Below, one piece after another: positions 10,471 through 25,293 of a DNA stretch of 64,000 bases. This stretch comes from Neophaeotheca triangularis (lineage: Eukaryota). The translations under genes were made by a program, and so were the position numbers. The stretch lies in the NCBI GenBank assembly GCA_054600435.1, contig BAAIJX010000029.1:62001-126000 (forward strand), written 5' to 3'. The notes under the pieces were generated by a model, which had not been told where the DNA came from, did no database searches, and saw only the letters and a program-made list of their open reading frames with translations. Numbering within the stretch: the stretch's first letter is position 1; each line of letters starts with the position of its first letter.

Positions 10471-13400
10471 ATGAGCTCCTCCTCAACCAGCACCAGCGAT
10501 GCTGGCGGTCGAAACGAGGACGTGGAGGCGGATGAGGCAACAAAGAGTGACGATGCAAGAGACGATCAAGTGGGCGTCGAGTTGGTGCCGCACGCTTCAG
10601 GGGAGGAGTGGAACGAAGAACAGGGGGGTCTGGGAGCTGCGTCGACTATGGATATGCCGAGGGTTGTAGTACAGGATGAGGATGATACGACCGAGGCGGG
10701 CGATGATGTACTCCCAAATGACGAGGAGTTTGGGGACTATGCGCAGCTTGGGAGAAAGGATGGAACGGGCACACCAGATGAAGAGGGAGGTGGGTTAGTT
10801 GCTGAGCCATCGTCTCCGCCAATGCCTAGTCCGCTTGCTAGTCCGGGGCTCTCAGATTCAATCCCAGACGACACGCCCTCGATGCAAGGTTCTCTCACTT
10901 CGCCTGGACGCAATGTTTCGCCCTCACCGCTCACGCCGAGAAAGGCATTCTCCAGAACGGCCTCTGGGGCCTTGCAGCCTTTCGAGCGGCGGTTTGAGGC
11001 GCGTAGGACTGTCTCGGGGTCTTCCACTGCTTCGCCTAGAGTAGAGAGGCCGGGCTTTCTAAGCCCACATTCTCGGCAAGTCTCGTTGAGTTCGCACCTC
11101 TCACCCGGGTCTTCGCAAAGCGCAGCGCCGTCGGATGAAGAATCGCAAGCGCCTTGGGACGTGATCAAGTGGACGAAGTTACGCAATATCACAGGCCAAG
11201 CCTTCTCAGAGGCAGGGAAGCGGAACTTTGGGCGCCCGACATGTATGGCGGTTTCTGCTTTGATCGCCATCGGCACTTCCAAAGGGCTTATCCTGGGTTT
11301 CGATTACCATCAGACGCTCAAGATTATCATTGGTCAAGGTACCAAGGCTGCTGAGGCTGGTGCTATCACTGCGCTGGCCATTGCCGCGGATTACTCTACG
11401 ATTGCAGGTGGTCATGCGAACGGTCACATCTTCACCTGGGAAATCAACAAACCCGCGAAACCGTTCCTACAGATCCCGCCTGTAGAGAAGGCGGCGCTTC
11501 AGCAATCACCCCATCCGGATGGACATTTAGAAAACACTTCAATCTTACACATTGGGTTTCTGGGCACACGGCATACTGCACTAGTATCCGCAGATGCTGG
11601 AGGGATGGCCTTTTCGCATCTAGCATCTAGGGGTTTGGGAGCTGTGGCACGCACTATCAAGACTACCCGACTGCTAGGCAGGTATCCTTCAGCCGCACCT
11701 CAAGAAGGGGTCAACCGTAAACCCAGCTCGGTGTTGGCATTCTCACCCCTCCCTTTGGGCAACGTGGAGCAACCAACGGACGGCTTGGGGTTGACAGCGC
11801 TACTGACTCCCTACCTACTTGTGATTGTCTCGACCACACCGATCGCACAAACGCAGCACAAGTCACCTCGGCCGAAAGACGTGTCAAAGCATGGCGCATT
11901 GAGCGGCTGCCTCGCTTGGTTCCCTTCTGTCAAGCTGAAGAATACGGGGAACGACGGGAACCAGGAGTCCTCGCTCGCAAAGCTCGTATACTGCTGGTCA
12001 AATGTCCTGACCGTACTAGATGTCGAAGTACTGGATAATGGAGATCCAAAAGACGCTCAGAAACCTCCGAACCTCGAGTTCCGCGCGCGTAGCAGATGGA
12101 AAGCAGAAGAAGCTATCGTAGCGGTGCAATGGCTCAGCAGATCAGTGTTGGGAGTGCTCACCATCAGCCAGCGACTACTTATCGTTGAGGACGGCTCGCT
12201 GCAGGTCACGGACTCGATTGACCTCTTGCACAGACACATCTACCACCAAGACCAGTTCTCGCACCAATTGCATGCTGTGGTCGAGCAGGTAGACGCGGAG
12301 GATCCTGAGTTACATGGTGTGGTTGCGGATGCTTTCCACATGAGCTTCAAAGCCTACAAGGGCCGCACCTTCCTGTTGGGCTTTAACGACCTTACTGTCG
12401 GCACGCTTTCAAACTGGGCGGATCGTTTGCTTGCCTTGATGGAGTCTGGAGATCACATTGCCGCTATACGCTTAGCTACTAACTATTACGCTGGTGGTGC
12501 GACGAACGTGACGGTCGGGCTTCCAGATGACGACGGTACACGCCACGAGATGGTCAAGGAGCGCCTCCTCGGTATGCTCTCGGCGTCGCTGAACTACACT
12601 TTCTCTCAACACGATGAGGAGAGGTCAACACGCTTACATGAGTTATCCAACGTCTGTTTCGAAGCCTGCCTTACGCTGGATGAGCATAATTACCTATTCC
12701 ACGATGTGTATGACTGGTACGAAGAAGCGGGAGAAGAGGTTGTGTTCATCCGCACACTGGAGCCGCACGTGCTGGATGGCGAAGTCCAAACCCTGCCACC
12801 TGATGTCGTGAAAGCGTTGGTTTCCCACTTCATCTCGCAAAACGAAGGCGCTCGATTGGAAGAGCTGCTGTGTCGTCTCGATCCGCACTCTTTCGACCTA
12901 GATCAGATCACTACGCTCTGTCGGCAGCACAATCTCTACGACGCTCTCATCTATGTCTGGACTCGAGCGCTAGGCGATGTAGTCACACCGCTTATCGATC
13001 TCCTCACTCTGGTCAAGATGCTGCAGTCTATCGGTGGCGACGATGAGCTGACTGACAATCCTTTCTTCGAGGCCACTTCCAAAGTCTTCCCATTCCTCGC
13101 ATACTCGCTCACAGGACGTCGATACCCCAGCGGAGACTTTATGGACGATTTCGAAGCCTCTCGAGCCAAGGCTGATCTTTACGAGTATCTCTTTGCCGGC
13201 ACACCTGCCGCATGGCCGCCCGGGAGTAAGAAGAAGTTCCACACCGTGGACGATGTTGCCGAGGAGCCAGCGTTTCCGTACCTCGTGCTACTGCTGGAGT
13301 TCGACCCCGCGAGCTTTATGAGTATGCTGAATGAAGCTTTTGAAGACCCATTCCTCAATCAGTTAGAAGAGGATGCTGCTTCAAACGGTGTGGGCCAGTC

Positions 13401-15339
13401 GAATGGCATAAGCCGCACGGGTCTGAAGATGACGCGACAGCACATTGTTAGCATCATGCTGGATGTTATGCAGCGGAATGATTTCACGCCGGAGCAGACT
13501 GTGTTCCTTGATATTTTCATTGCGAGGAGCTTGCCCAAGTATCCTGGACAGCTGGTTTTATCGGGCTCGCTGCTAGACAGCGTGCTTCGGAGGTTATGCG
13601 ATGCCCCAGTCGAAGCAATGAGGGAAGACTGTCAGTTGAGCGTCGAGTATCTGCTTTCTGTTTACAGGCCTACCGACGTTACTTCTTTGATTGACGCGCT
13701 GAGAGAGGCACGATTCCATCGGGTACTGAAGACAGTCTACCGGCGCGAGAGGATGCTTACTGAGTTGCTGGAAACCTATTTCGAAGATCCGGAGGATAAG
13801 CTTGGTGTCTTCGACAGCATAGTTTACTGCTTGCAACAAACCGCCGGACTGAATCAGAAACAGCAGCAGAAGGTTAAACGAACCATCACTGCGCATGCCA
13901 ACGATCTGGCCGATATCAGCACCGCTCGCACCGCTCAGACTGTGGCAGCGAGTGCGCCAGACATGCTCGAGTCCAGTCTCCACGCGCTTCGGGATTCTTA
14001 CCAGCGCTTCGTCTTTTTACAGACGCTACTGGAGCCCACTCGGATACGAGCCGAGAGACTAGGTCGAACAGGCCCTTCTGTACCCGCCGCACTCCAGGCT
14101 AGTTTCACAGAGAAGTATGTGCAACTCATGTGCTCTCACGACCCGATGCACGTGGCAGACTACGTTGGCGTTATTCCCTCAAGCGATTTGCGCATGGACG
14201 AGATTCTACCCTCGATGGAGGAGAGTGGTGTCGTGGATGCGGCTGTGGTACTCCTTGCCCGAGACGGCTTGGCTCGCGATGCCATGGGCCGGCTAGTCCT
14301 GCACATGCAGAGTCTGCAACAGACGCTCGTCAGTCTTGTTGAGGCCGCTGGTGAAAGTCCAGACATCGAGTCGACTGTAGACTCGATTGACGCCTTGTTG
14401 GAGGATGTACAGAAGTACACCAAAGTCGGTATTTGGCTGTGTCAAGGCCAGAGCGCTACCGTGATACGGCGCCCGCGGCCGAGAGCGAACATTGCATGGG
14501 ATATTCAAGAAGACGACTTGGATCTAGACGAGTACCTCTGGCTGAACCTCGTAGACATCGTGGTGCAAGTTACCAAGAACGTCAGCTCAAGCTTGCAACA
14601 CGACGAAGACCACCCGACTCCCAATTCCGCTAGCCTCGACGCCGAAAAAACCACTTCCGCCCTCCGCAGCAACGTGCAACAATCATTCACGGCCCTGCTC
14701 GCCGCAACATCTACCCCACAACCCAAAACACCCAACCAACACCCCTCACAACCCCAGCAAACGCCACACTACACTTTCCTCCGCGTGCTACGCTCCTTCC
14801 TCTCGCGCGCCGCAACCACCGCCCCCTCCCTCTCCGACCTCCGCCTCGTCCTCAGCGACATTTTCGCAGCCTACACTTTCGAGTCCTCGGTCCTAAGTCT
14901 CGCCAACGAACTCCTGGGCTCAGACATTTTCGGCGAAACCCAGGAAGCCGCGAAGTTACGACAACGCGGTTGGCGCCCGCGAAGTCAGGTTTGTGAGACT
15001 TGTAAGCGCAGAGCATGGGGCCAGGGGTTGGGGGAGAGTGTTTGGGAGGTTTGGAGGGAGAGGGAGGTGGCGAGGAGTGAGGAGATGATTAGGAAGGGGG
15101 TTGAGAGGGGTGGGGGGGTAGAGGCTGAGAGGTTGGAAAGGGGGAAGGGGAAGGCGGTTGGGGGTGGTGGTGGCGGTGAGAGAGACGGGTTTGAGGGGGA
15201 GGAGACGAGGGATTTGGCGCTTGTGGTTTTTGCTTGTCGGCACTGCTTTCATCGGAGTTGTTTGGATGGGGGGAGTCAGCGGGATATGGCTGGCGGTGGC
15301 GAGGAAAGGGTGTATAGATGTCCGGTTTGTGCTGTTTGA
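10471..15339 (+). CDS. VPS8: CORVET complex subunit Vps8
   Basis: Intronless ORF of about 1620 aa: acidic N-terminus, WD-like propeller (IAIGTSKGLILGFD), clathrin-like helical repeats (LCRQHNLYDALIYVW) and a split C-terminal RING (CETC...CRHCFHRSC...CPVC). First ATG at 10471. Confidence 0.9.
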   Translation: MSSSSTSTSDAGGRNEDVEADEATKSDDARDDQVGVELVPHASGEEWNEEQGGLGAASTMDMPRVVVQDEDDTTEAGDDVLPNDEEFGDYAQLGRKDGTGTPDEEGGGLVAEPSSPPMPSPLASPGLSDSIPDDTPSMQGSLTSPGRNVSPSPLTPRKAFSRTASGALQPFERRFEARRTVSGSSTASPRVERPGFLSPHSRQVSLSSHLSPGSSQSAAPSDEESQAPWDVIKWTKLRNITGQAFSEAGKRNFGRPTCMAVSALIAIGTSKGLILGFDYHQTLKIIIGQGTKAAEAGAITALAIAADYSTIAGGHANGHIFTWEINKPAKPFLQIPPVEKAALQQSPHPDGHLENTSILHIGFLGTRHTALVSADAGGMAFSHLASRGLGAVARTIKTTRLLGRYPSAAPQEGVNRKPSSVLAFSPLPLGNVEQPTDGLGLTALLTPYLLVIVSTTPIAQTQHKSPRPKDVSKHGALSGCLAWFPSVKLKNTGNDGNQESSLAKLVYCWSNVLTVLDVEVLDNGDPKDAQKPPNLEFRARSRWKAEEAIVAVQWLSRSVLGVLTISQRLLIVEDGSLQVTDSIDLLHRHIYHQDQFSHQLHAVVEQVDAEDPELHGVVADAFHMSFKAYKGRTFLLGFNDLTVGTLSNWADRLLALMESGDHIAAIRLATNYYAGGATNVTVGLPDDDGTRHEMVKERLLGMLSASLNYTFSQHDEERSTRLHELSNVCFEACLTLDEHNYLFHDVYDWYEEAGEEVVFIRTLEPHVLDGEVQTLPPDVVKALVSHFISQNEGARLEELLCRLDPHSFDLDQITTLCRQHNLYDALIYVWTRALGDVVTPLIDLLTLVKMLQSIGGDDELTDNPFFEATSKVFPFLAYSLTGRRYPSGDFMDDFEASRAKADLYEYLFAGTPAAWPPGSKKKFHTVDDVAEEPAFPYLVLLLEFDPASFMSMLNEAFEDPFLNQLEEDAASNGVGQSNGISRTGLKMTRQHIVSIMLDVMQRNDFTPEQTVFLDIFIARSLPKYPGQLVLSGSLLDSVLRRLCDAPVEAMREDCQLSVEYLLSVYRPTDVTSLIDALREARFHRVLKTVYRRERMLTELLETYFEDPEDKLGVFDSIVYCLQQTAGLNQKQQQKVKRTITAHANDLADISTARTAQTVAASAPDMLESSLHALRDSYQRFVFLQTLLEPTRIRAERLGRTGPSVPAALQASFTEKYVQLMCSHDPMHVADYVGVIPSSDLRMDEILPSMEESGVVDAAVVLLARDGLARDAMGRLVLHMQSLQQTLVSLVEAAGESPDIESTVDSIDALLEDVQKYTKVGIWLCQGQSATVIRRPRPRANIAWDIQEDDLDLDEYLWLNLVDIVVQVTKNVSSSLQHDEDHPTPNSASLDAEKTTSALRSNVQQSFTALLAATSTPQPKTPNQHPSQPQQTPHYTFLRVLRSFLSRAATTAPSLSDLRLVLSDIFAAYTFESSVLSLANELLGSDIFGETQEAAKLRQRGWRPRSQVCETCKRRAWGQGLGESVWEVWREREVARSEEMIRKGVERGGGVEAERLERGKGKAVGGGGGGERDGFEGEETRDLALVVFACRHCFHRSCLDGGSQRDMAGGGEERVYRCPVCAV

Positions 15340-15659
15340 GCGTGTATATAGCAAGGTCTTTGACTGTTGAAGCTGCTGCATGAGGCACCTTATTCTCATT
15401 TCTCAAACTTCGAATCCTTAGGTATGGTCGGGCTGCTGCCAAGGCGTTCAAAGCTTTCTGGCCTGAAATTTCAGGCATGAGAAAAAAGCTAAAACCGCTA
15501 GTTCCCGTCATGTCGAGCAAAGTCGTTCGCACGTCCCTTGTCCAGTAGCGAATTTGTACGATTTCTCACGAGTCTTCAAACTTCTAGTCTTTACTCCTCC
15601 TCCCTCTCTAACAACCTACCCCTTCACCTCCAACTCACACCCCACACAACTCAGACAAG

Positions 15660-17870
<2,211 letters not shown>

Positions 17871-18516
17871 GCGACACGCACTCGACCAACCACCTCTATC
17901 GGACCCTTTTAGCGACGTAGGGCATGGGATGTAATCACAAATCTCGGCTGCTCAGCGTTGCGTTCTTCCTCCTCACTACTACTACCACCTCCTACCTAGA
18001 ATGGCATTGTTTCTAGCATGACCCAAAAGCTCTTTTGCAGTCTTCATCTGCTGGTGTACGATGCCGAATCACGGGTCTATGGCGGGAAGCGGCGTACTTC
18101 TTGTTTTTTCTGCACGTGGGTAGCAGCTACATTCGAATGAAAATGCAGCGTGTTACAATTTCAACTTTTTTACATGCTATGCTGTGATTGTGATGTCCTC
18201 AGTAAGCTAGGTTGTCTCAGACCTTTACACGATCGATAGTAGGTAAGCAAGTAGGTCTTGGCTTCTAGTGCCACTTGATTTGTTGAGGACTTTTGCACGT
18301 TCACTTCGAGTCCCGCCATTTATTATTTACCGCGACTTTACCGACCACGATACCTCCCTCCTGCACATACTCGATACCTTATACATTTCGGCCCTTCATA
18401 TATCAGAGAATCGTCTTAGCCAGACCTCTTTCTTGTGCTTTTGCTACAGCATACGATGATAGTCTAGGCTCTCCAGGACAAGTGTGATTGCTACAACTCT
18501 TGGTGCGAGATTCGAT

Positions 18517-19956
18517 ATGGCGGACAAAAGTAGGCACCCATGTTGATTCTCGTTGCTCCACCAACAACAGAGAAAACTGACCCCTTTCCGCCAGACGCTC
18601 GCGCCCCGGACAGCCTGTCTGATGAGGCTCTGGTCCATTTCAAGTCTTACAAGTACTCTTCTGTTGACAAGTCGCCTATTGCCAACCATATCTTGAAGCA
18701 CTATGTACGCTGCTACTCCAACACTTGCCCTAGGCTTGCATCCTTTGGCGAAGTTCTATAACTGCTGCCAAGGATATCATGCTCACATATGCCTTTAGTG
18801 GAACGCCTGCGTGGAATTTCTTCCCCTCTGGCTCGCACCAAACACCGTGACATTACTGGGCTTCTTCTTCGTTCTCGGCAACGTTCTCCTCCAAGCCTAC
18901 TACGACCCAGACCTTCAAGGTCCCTCCCAATCATGGGTTTACTACAGCTACGCCTTCGGAGTCTGGGCCTACAGCACCATGGACAACATCGATGGCAAGC
19001 AAGCCCGTCGCACCGGCACCTCCTCTGGATTGGGTGAGCTCTTCGACCACGGCATCGACAGCCTCAATTGCACGCTCGCTTCTCTGCTCGAAACCAGCGC
19101 CATGGCTCTTGGTCCAACTCCAATCGGCGCCCTCACAGCTCTTGTTCCCTGCCTTCCAATGTTCTTCTCGACTTGGGAAACCTACCACACCCACACCCTC
19201 TACCTGGGCTACTTCAACGGCCCAACCGAAGGCCTCATCATCGCCAGCAGCATCATGCTACTCTCCGGCCTCTTCGGCCCACAAATCTGGCACCAACCCC
19301 TAGTCTCCCTCATCCCAGCCCTCCCAGCCAACCTACTCCACGACCTCAGCGTCGCCGACATCTGGGCCCCGATCCTCATGGCCGGCTTTTTCCTCGCCCA
19401 CCTCCCCGACTGCGTCATCAACGTCATCAAAGCCCGCCGCGCCCAAAACCTCCCCATCCTCCCCGTCTTCCTTGAATGGACACCGATGCTCGTCTTCGTA
19501 AGCTCCCTAATGGCCTGGCTCGGCTCCCCTTACTCCCACATCCTGCGCGACAACCACCTCGCCCTCCTGTGCTTAACCCTCTCCTTCGTCTTCGGCCGCA
19601 TGACGACCAAAATCATCCTCGCGCACCTCACCCGCCAGCCCTTCCCCTGGTGGACCTCGCTCATCATCCCACTCGTTTTCGGCGCCCTGGCCGCCAACGC
19701 CCCGCGTCTGGGTTTCCCCGCTTTTTCCGCCGAGCTCGAGCTCTACTACCTCTGGGCCTACTTCGCGCTCGCGACGGTCGTCTACTTCCGCTGGGCGTAC
19801 TTGGTTATCAATGCCATTTGCAATTACTTGGGAATCAGGTGTTTTACCGTGCCGGAAGATAGGTGGCGGGCCTTGCAGAGGGAGCGGAGTGTGAGTGCGG
19901 GTAGCAAGGCTTTCAACGGCACGGCGAAGAGTTTGGAGAAAGGGAAGGAGTCGTAG
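18517..19956 (+). CDS. Choline/ethanolamine phosphotransferase (CDP-alcohol phosphatidyltransferase), 3 exons
   Basis: YKYSSVDKS, WLAPNTVTL and the signature DNIDGKQARRTGTSSGLGELFDHGID; multiple TM helices. CPT1 and EPT1 cannot be told apart by eye. Confidence 0.9.
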
Positions 19957-21525
19957 GTTTTTGTGCTTGTTTGGGTAGATGGAATGGCTGTTCAACACAG
20001 GGTTTCCTGTCTGTGGAAGCGGTGAAGATATGGGAGGGACAGGGTTAGAGGTATGTACATAGACGTAGATTGAAAAAAAAAAAGGCATATTGGCATCCGG
20101 ACCCCTCGAGACCTCTGGTTTTCAAGAAAGATTGGCCTCGTATCTAGGCTCGCTGTCACCGCTGACGCCGGGCTCTCATAGACCAGCATCTCACACTCTC
20201 ACTCCGGTCGAGTTCTCCGCCGGGAGCAGGGCGCGCGTCTCAAACCCGCTTCTCACTCCCAGGTGCGAGTACTTGGTGAGAAAATACTCACAAAAATCTA
20301 AGGGGAATCGTTGCGAACAGAGTGCGTGCCTCGGCGCTCTTCTGAAGGCTTCAAAGGCGATTCCACTCTCGCCGAGTACCAGTGGAAGTAAGACGGAGCG
20401 GTGTAGCTGGGCACTGGAGCGGAAAAGAGACGGCAGGAAGTCGGAGGGCGAGCTCGCTTTATAGAGTAGACTTCCGATTCAGCAAGTCAGATGAAACTGC
20501 TGGGATCTGATGTGAAGTTACCGGGGAGCCTTTTTGAAAGCCGAAGAATGGAGGTAAGTCGCCGTCCTCGGTGAGAAAGAAAGGGGCATGGATTTGACTC
20601 TTCCAGTGTCTCTCAAGGGTTTTGGCAAATCTTTAGACGCCCGGTCGGAACACCTCCCCCCCCCCCCTTTTTTTTTGTTTTTCGCGTCCCGTGCTTACCG
20701 CGCTCTGCCCCTTACCGGACAAAGAACACTTACAAACCCCCGCTACGCCCTCTTGTGGCAGGCCGGGGCTTAATTAAGCTAGAGCAGCGACATCCCCTCT
20801 AGCGACCGTTGGAACTTCATAGCAGGCTGATGCTGGCAAGAGGTCCGGAGGAGTGTGATGGCAGTCCTTGCGTTACGTCTGCTGCTTCAGCGGGAGCAAG
20901 GGGTTTTGTTGATCTGGGGCTTGTAGGAGATGAGGAGTTGTGGGTGTGCGCTTGATGGACGGGAGGGAGGGTTGTCGGCTGAGGAAAGCAAGTGGGGGAT
21001 GGAAAGGTTTGTAAGAGATTGAAAGCGAGTGAACCAGTGAAAAGGGACAGATGCACAGAGATGCCTTGTTTTAATAATACACGGTTCTCCTCAACTAGGC
21101 ACTCGACCCCAACTCAAGCAGGCTAGGATTGCTCAAGGCAAGCAAGCAAGTACCTCTTCAGCAGATATGTGTGCTTTCCTACCTGCCTCTCATCTCTAAA
21201 CTGCCATCGTAATAGCATTGCTAACTCAGTAAAAGGTGCTGGAAATCAGCCTCCCCCATCACTCGCCAGCCGACAACAGCACGGCATACCCTTATCCTCT
21301 TCGCTAGAGAAACAGAATCCCGTCCGTGCTCGTTATAGGAAACCCCAATGCCGCTGACCACGCAGAACCCCGCAGAAACCATAAGAATAAAAAAAAGCCA
21401 CCGATGTAAACGCTCTGAGCCTGGTGGTACACTCCTTCCACCCATCCTCCAGACGAGAGCCAGTCCATCATGTCGTTGTTGAGAGCTCTTGTTCCCGCTA
21501 ACACTTCTCTGTTGGTGTCGCTGGC

Positions 21526-24500
21526 TCAAAACTCCCAATCCTCGTCTACACTCTTGATAGCCCAGTCGAACTTCTCCCTTAGCGTCTTGGAAAAGAAGCG
21601 CTCAATGGGAACGTTGAACTTCTTGCTGAACACCACAGTGAGGCGAGGGTCGATGTAGTTCTGCGGAATCAAAGTCAGCGTGACAGTCAAACGTGTGGTG
21701 AAAAGCGATGATAACTCACAATCTTGCTCGTGCCCAAAGCAACCTCCTTGTTGTTATCGCGGTCCTCGGCCTGCGTCTTCATAGTCGCAATACGCTGGTC
21801 GAGTTTCTCAATCTGTTGCTCGTACTTCTCGACCGTCGGCCCTTTGCCCTCGGCTTCCACTTTGCCCGATTTGCGCTCTTGCTTCAGCTTCTTCTCCAGA
21901 TCAGTGGCGGCTTGCATGCGCTCCTTGAGCTCGGAGGCTTTCATCTCCTTCTCGCCCTCGGCCACGAGCTTCTCGTTGTCCTTGTCGAACTTCTTCTGAA
22001 TTTTCTGCTTTTGCTCTTCGACGAGCGCTTCGTGGTGCGCGCCGACCCAGTCGTTGTCGAGGCCTTCGGGGAGTGCGAAAAAGTCGGCGCCCTTCTTCTT
22101 TTTGAGCTTGGGCTCGATGTCTAGCATCATGTGCTTGATGCGGTACTGTTGGTAGCGTAGGCCGTTGATCTTGTCTTCGAGCTTCTCCATTTGCTGGTCG
22201 TGCGAGGCGGCGACGGTGCGTTTGTGGTTGCAGAGGATGGCCACTTCGCGGTTGGCGTCGTTGTAGTCTTTGACTTTCTCTGGGATCGTGCCTTCAGACT
22301 TCATCTTTTGGAGGAGTTTGGACATGGTATGGGAGGCGTTGTAGGTACGGAAGACTTTGGCGGTCAGGCCTGACATGTATGAGGACAAGTGCTTGTTCAA
22401 GCTGGAGGTCGTCAGGCGATCGAAGATGTCGTCGCCTTCCTTCTTTGGAGATCGTTTGAAGATTTTCAGGTTTTTGAAGACTTGCTGATCGACAGTCACC
22501 TCGTTGTAGAAGCGGATGGAATCTTTACCGAGGAAATCGAAGATCACGTTGTGTGGCGGCTTGAGCGTGACGTGCTCCATCTTCAAAGAACAGCAACCGA
22601 CTGTGTCGGCCTCCTCCTCGCCCTTTTCGTTTCCGGCACGGAGTGCGAACTGGTCGATGAGGTAGACAGCTGTGGCTCGTTGACGCTTGACCATCTCTTC
22701 GTTTCTCAACTCCTTGGTATAATCCTCACGAATCACGTCGATGTGCTTCTTGAGCTCACGAGCCTTTTCGAACTTCTTGAAATCGCTCTGTCCCTTGATA
22801 TCGGAGTTGGCTGCCAGCATGACGTACTTGTAGGCAGCGTTGATGTTCTCTTGCCACATTGCAAGCCAGGTGCCCTCCTGATCGTGCTTGACTTCCTTCC
22901 ATTTGTGGCCTTCTGGGGGGGCTGGGACCATGGCGTCTTTCCCGATATTGATGGTGATCTGCTCTGGAGCCACACGCTTCTTCCACTTGCCAGTCTTGGG
23001 GTGCTCACCACGTCCACGGAACAGACCTGGCGGTTCGACACGGAAATTGCCGACCTTCTGCTTGCGGCCGTCCCACGTACAGAACATGTAAGGGGCTTCG
23101 TTCTCGTCTTTTTCGGCTTTGATGGCCTTCTTCTCCGCTGGTGAAAGGGCCTTCTTCTTCGTACGCTCGGCATCGAGGTGGTTGAAAATCGGCTTGAAAT
23201 CGCAAAGCTCGAATGATTTGATGTTGATTTTGTTGCCGTTCGCATCCTTGGCGCCCCCGGTCTTGTTAAGCATGTCCTTGAAGTCGTGGAAAAAGTTCTT
23301 CTGAAAAGTAGGGTTCTCGACGTTGTGGGTGGAATTGAGCATGCCTCCGAAACCAGCAGCTATTTCTTCAGCCTCCGGATGCATAGACACTGGCTTGCCG
23401 TCGTAGAGCATCTTGACGTTCTTGGGCAGTGGCTCATACTCTGGCGGAAAAACAACGCCATTGTGCTCGAGGGTTGTCCACTTGACCGTGCCGTCGCTCT
23501 TCGAAGGATCTTCCCACCAGCGGTACTCCTCTTCCTCTTCGTCGGCATCATCATCTTCAGCTGTCTCTTTCTTGGCTTTGGCCGCCTTGCCCTTTGGCTC
23601 TGCTTTTGCCTTTGCCTTTGTAGCTGGAGCAGCTTTCTTAGCTGGAGCTTTCTTCTTCAGTGGCGCATCATCTTCGTCCGACTCCTCCTTCTTTGCTTTC
23701 TTCGTGCCATTCGCTTTGGCCTTGGGAGCAGCCTTTGCAGCGGGCTTCTTCTTCAACGGCGCGTCATCAGAGTCCTCGCTCTCCTCCTTGACCGTCTTGC
23801 GCTTAGTGTTGCCTCCCCTCCGCAGAGTTTTGGCCTCCTTTTCCGCATCCTTCTCAAACCCAGCCTTCTCTTTAGTCAGCTTTCGTTCGAGGGGCGTGTC
23901 GTCGTCTGAATCTTCGCCGATCTGAGCCGCGGATGCCGGAGGCGGCTTGACGACCTTCTTCAAGGGTTGATCATCCGAGTCCGAGTCGCTCGCGGATGTC
24001 TTACGCTTCTTCTGCTGCTCACTGTTAGCCAAGTGGATGGAGTCATGCGCACCATTGCGCATCCAATGGTAGGCAGGAAGCGCGTACCAGCGGAACGTCG
24101 TCTTCGTCGTCGGATTCACTCGCGTCCTTGTAGCTCTTGCCGTTGGCCATTGAAGCCTTGCGCTTCCCGTTCACTGTGGTTGAGGTTCCATTCGTAGCAG
24201 GCTTATCGATATCCATCTCTTCGACCGGCCCCTTGGCCAGACTAATGCCTGGATCAACGTGGTCGTCGCCAGTGACACCGTTCTGCTGATCCTGGTTATC
24301 CATGGTAGTGTCGACAGCCTTGGGTATGATGGAGCTGGACTTGGCTGAAGGTGAATGTTAGAGAGAGGTCGTGGTAGAGTAGGCAAAGTCACCACAAGTG
24401 TGGCAATGAGTCGCAAAGATAAGTGGAAGTGGAAGGGAGGTAGAAGGTAGGAAGGGGCAATAATGTTAAAGATATGGGAGCGGAAGGAGAAGTGAAGCAG

Positions 24501-24702
24501 CTGGTTGGCGGGAGAAGTGCAGAATTTGACCAAGTCCCACTTGCGAGAGGGGCTGACTTGGTCAAAAGTAAACGCTCGGCTTCCGGAAGTTGGAAGGGGA
24601 AGAAAGCTTCACTAGATGCAGTACGGTAACGCTGATACTGCATCCACGTAGGCGATTGCTATACGTACCTTGCAGAGGTTTGTCGTCTTCAGGATCGGAC
24701 AT
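21526..24702 (-). CDS. TOP1: DNA topoisomerase I, 4 exons
   Basis: [45 protein letters not shown] and the catalytic GTSKI|NYIDPR split by an intron. First exon is [11 protein letters not shown] at 24702. Confidence 0.95.
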
Positions 24703-25293
24703 TTTGATAAAAGGCCAAGGTCGTAGTCGTCGGGGATATGTTGCAGTCCGAGTGTGGTAGTGATGGGAGGACTGTAGCAAGGAGTCTGCAGGTGTTTTGA
24801 CGCGCAGTTGCTCCAAGACTGCCCCTACAGCTACTACACCTTGACGCGACTTGAGATGCAGCAGGGCTTGCCTTGATGCTGTTATCGATCGAACGAGATA
24901 AGAAGAAATGATGAAAATTGACAATCTCGTGTCGAGATCAAGCGGATGGACAGAAAGTCAAGGTAGTAAATAATTAACAATCACGAGACGAGACGAGACG
25001 AACAAAAACAATGTAAATGCTTCTTGCCTGCTTGTCAGGAGTAGTAAAGAGTGTAAGTTGAGGTAACTGGAGCACGCAAGCTGAGAGAGAGACTAGTACT
25101 CCTCGTCGCCAGCCAAACTGCATCACGTGACTGACACTCCAATCCGACCGGAGAATCCCGGCTAATCCCGCAGGAGAAGCGAGCGCAAGCCCGACCTCAG
25201 TCGTTGCAAGCTCAGAACCGCAAAGGCGCCATTGACACCACAACACCCCTCCAACCCATCCATCTCCTCTCTACTCCCTGACCAGGTCCAGTC

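Noticed and set aside
20552..20559. ACTTACCT on the minus strand, like the U1 snRNA 5' end
   Set aside because: No downstream U1 stem-loop motifs recognised; it is equally just a donor-like GGTAAGT on the + strand.
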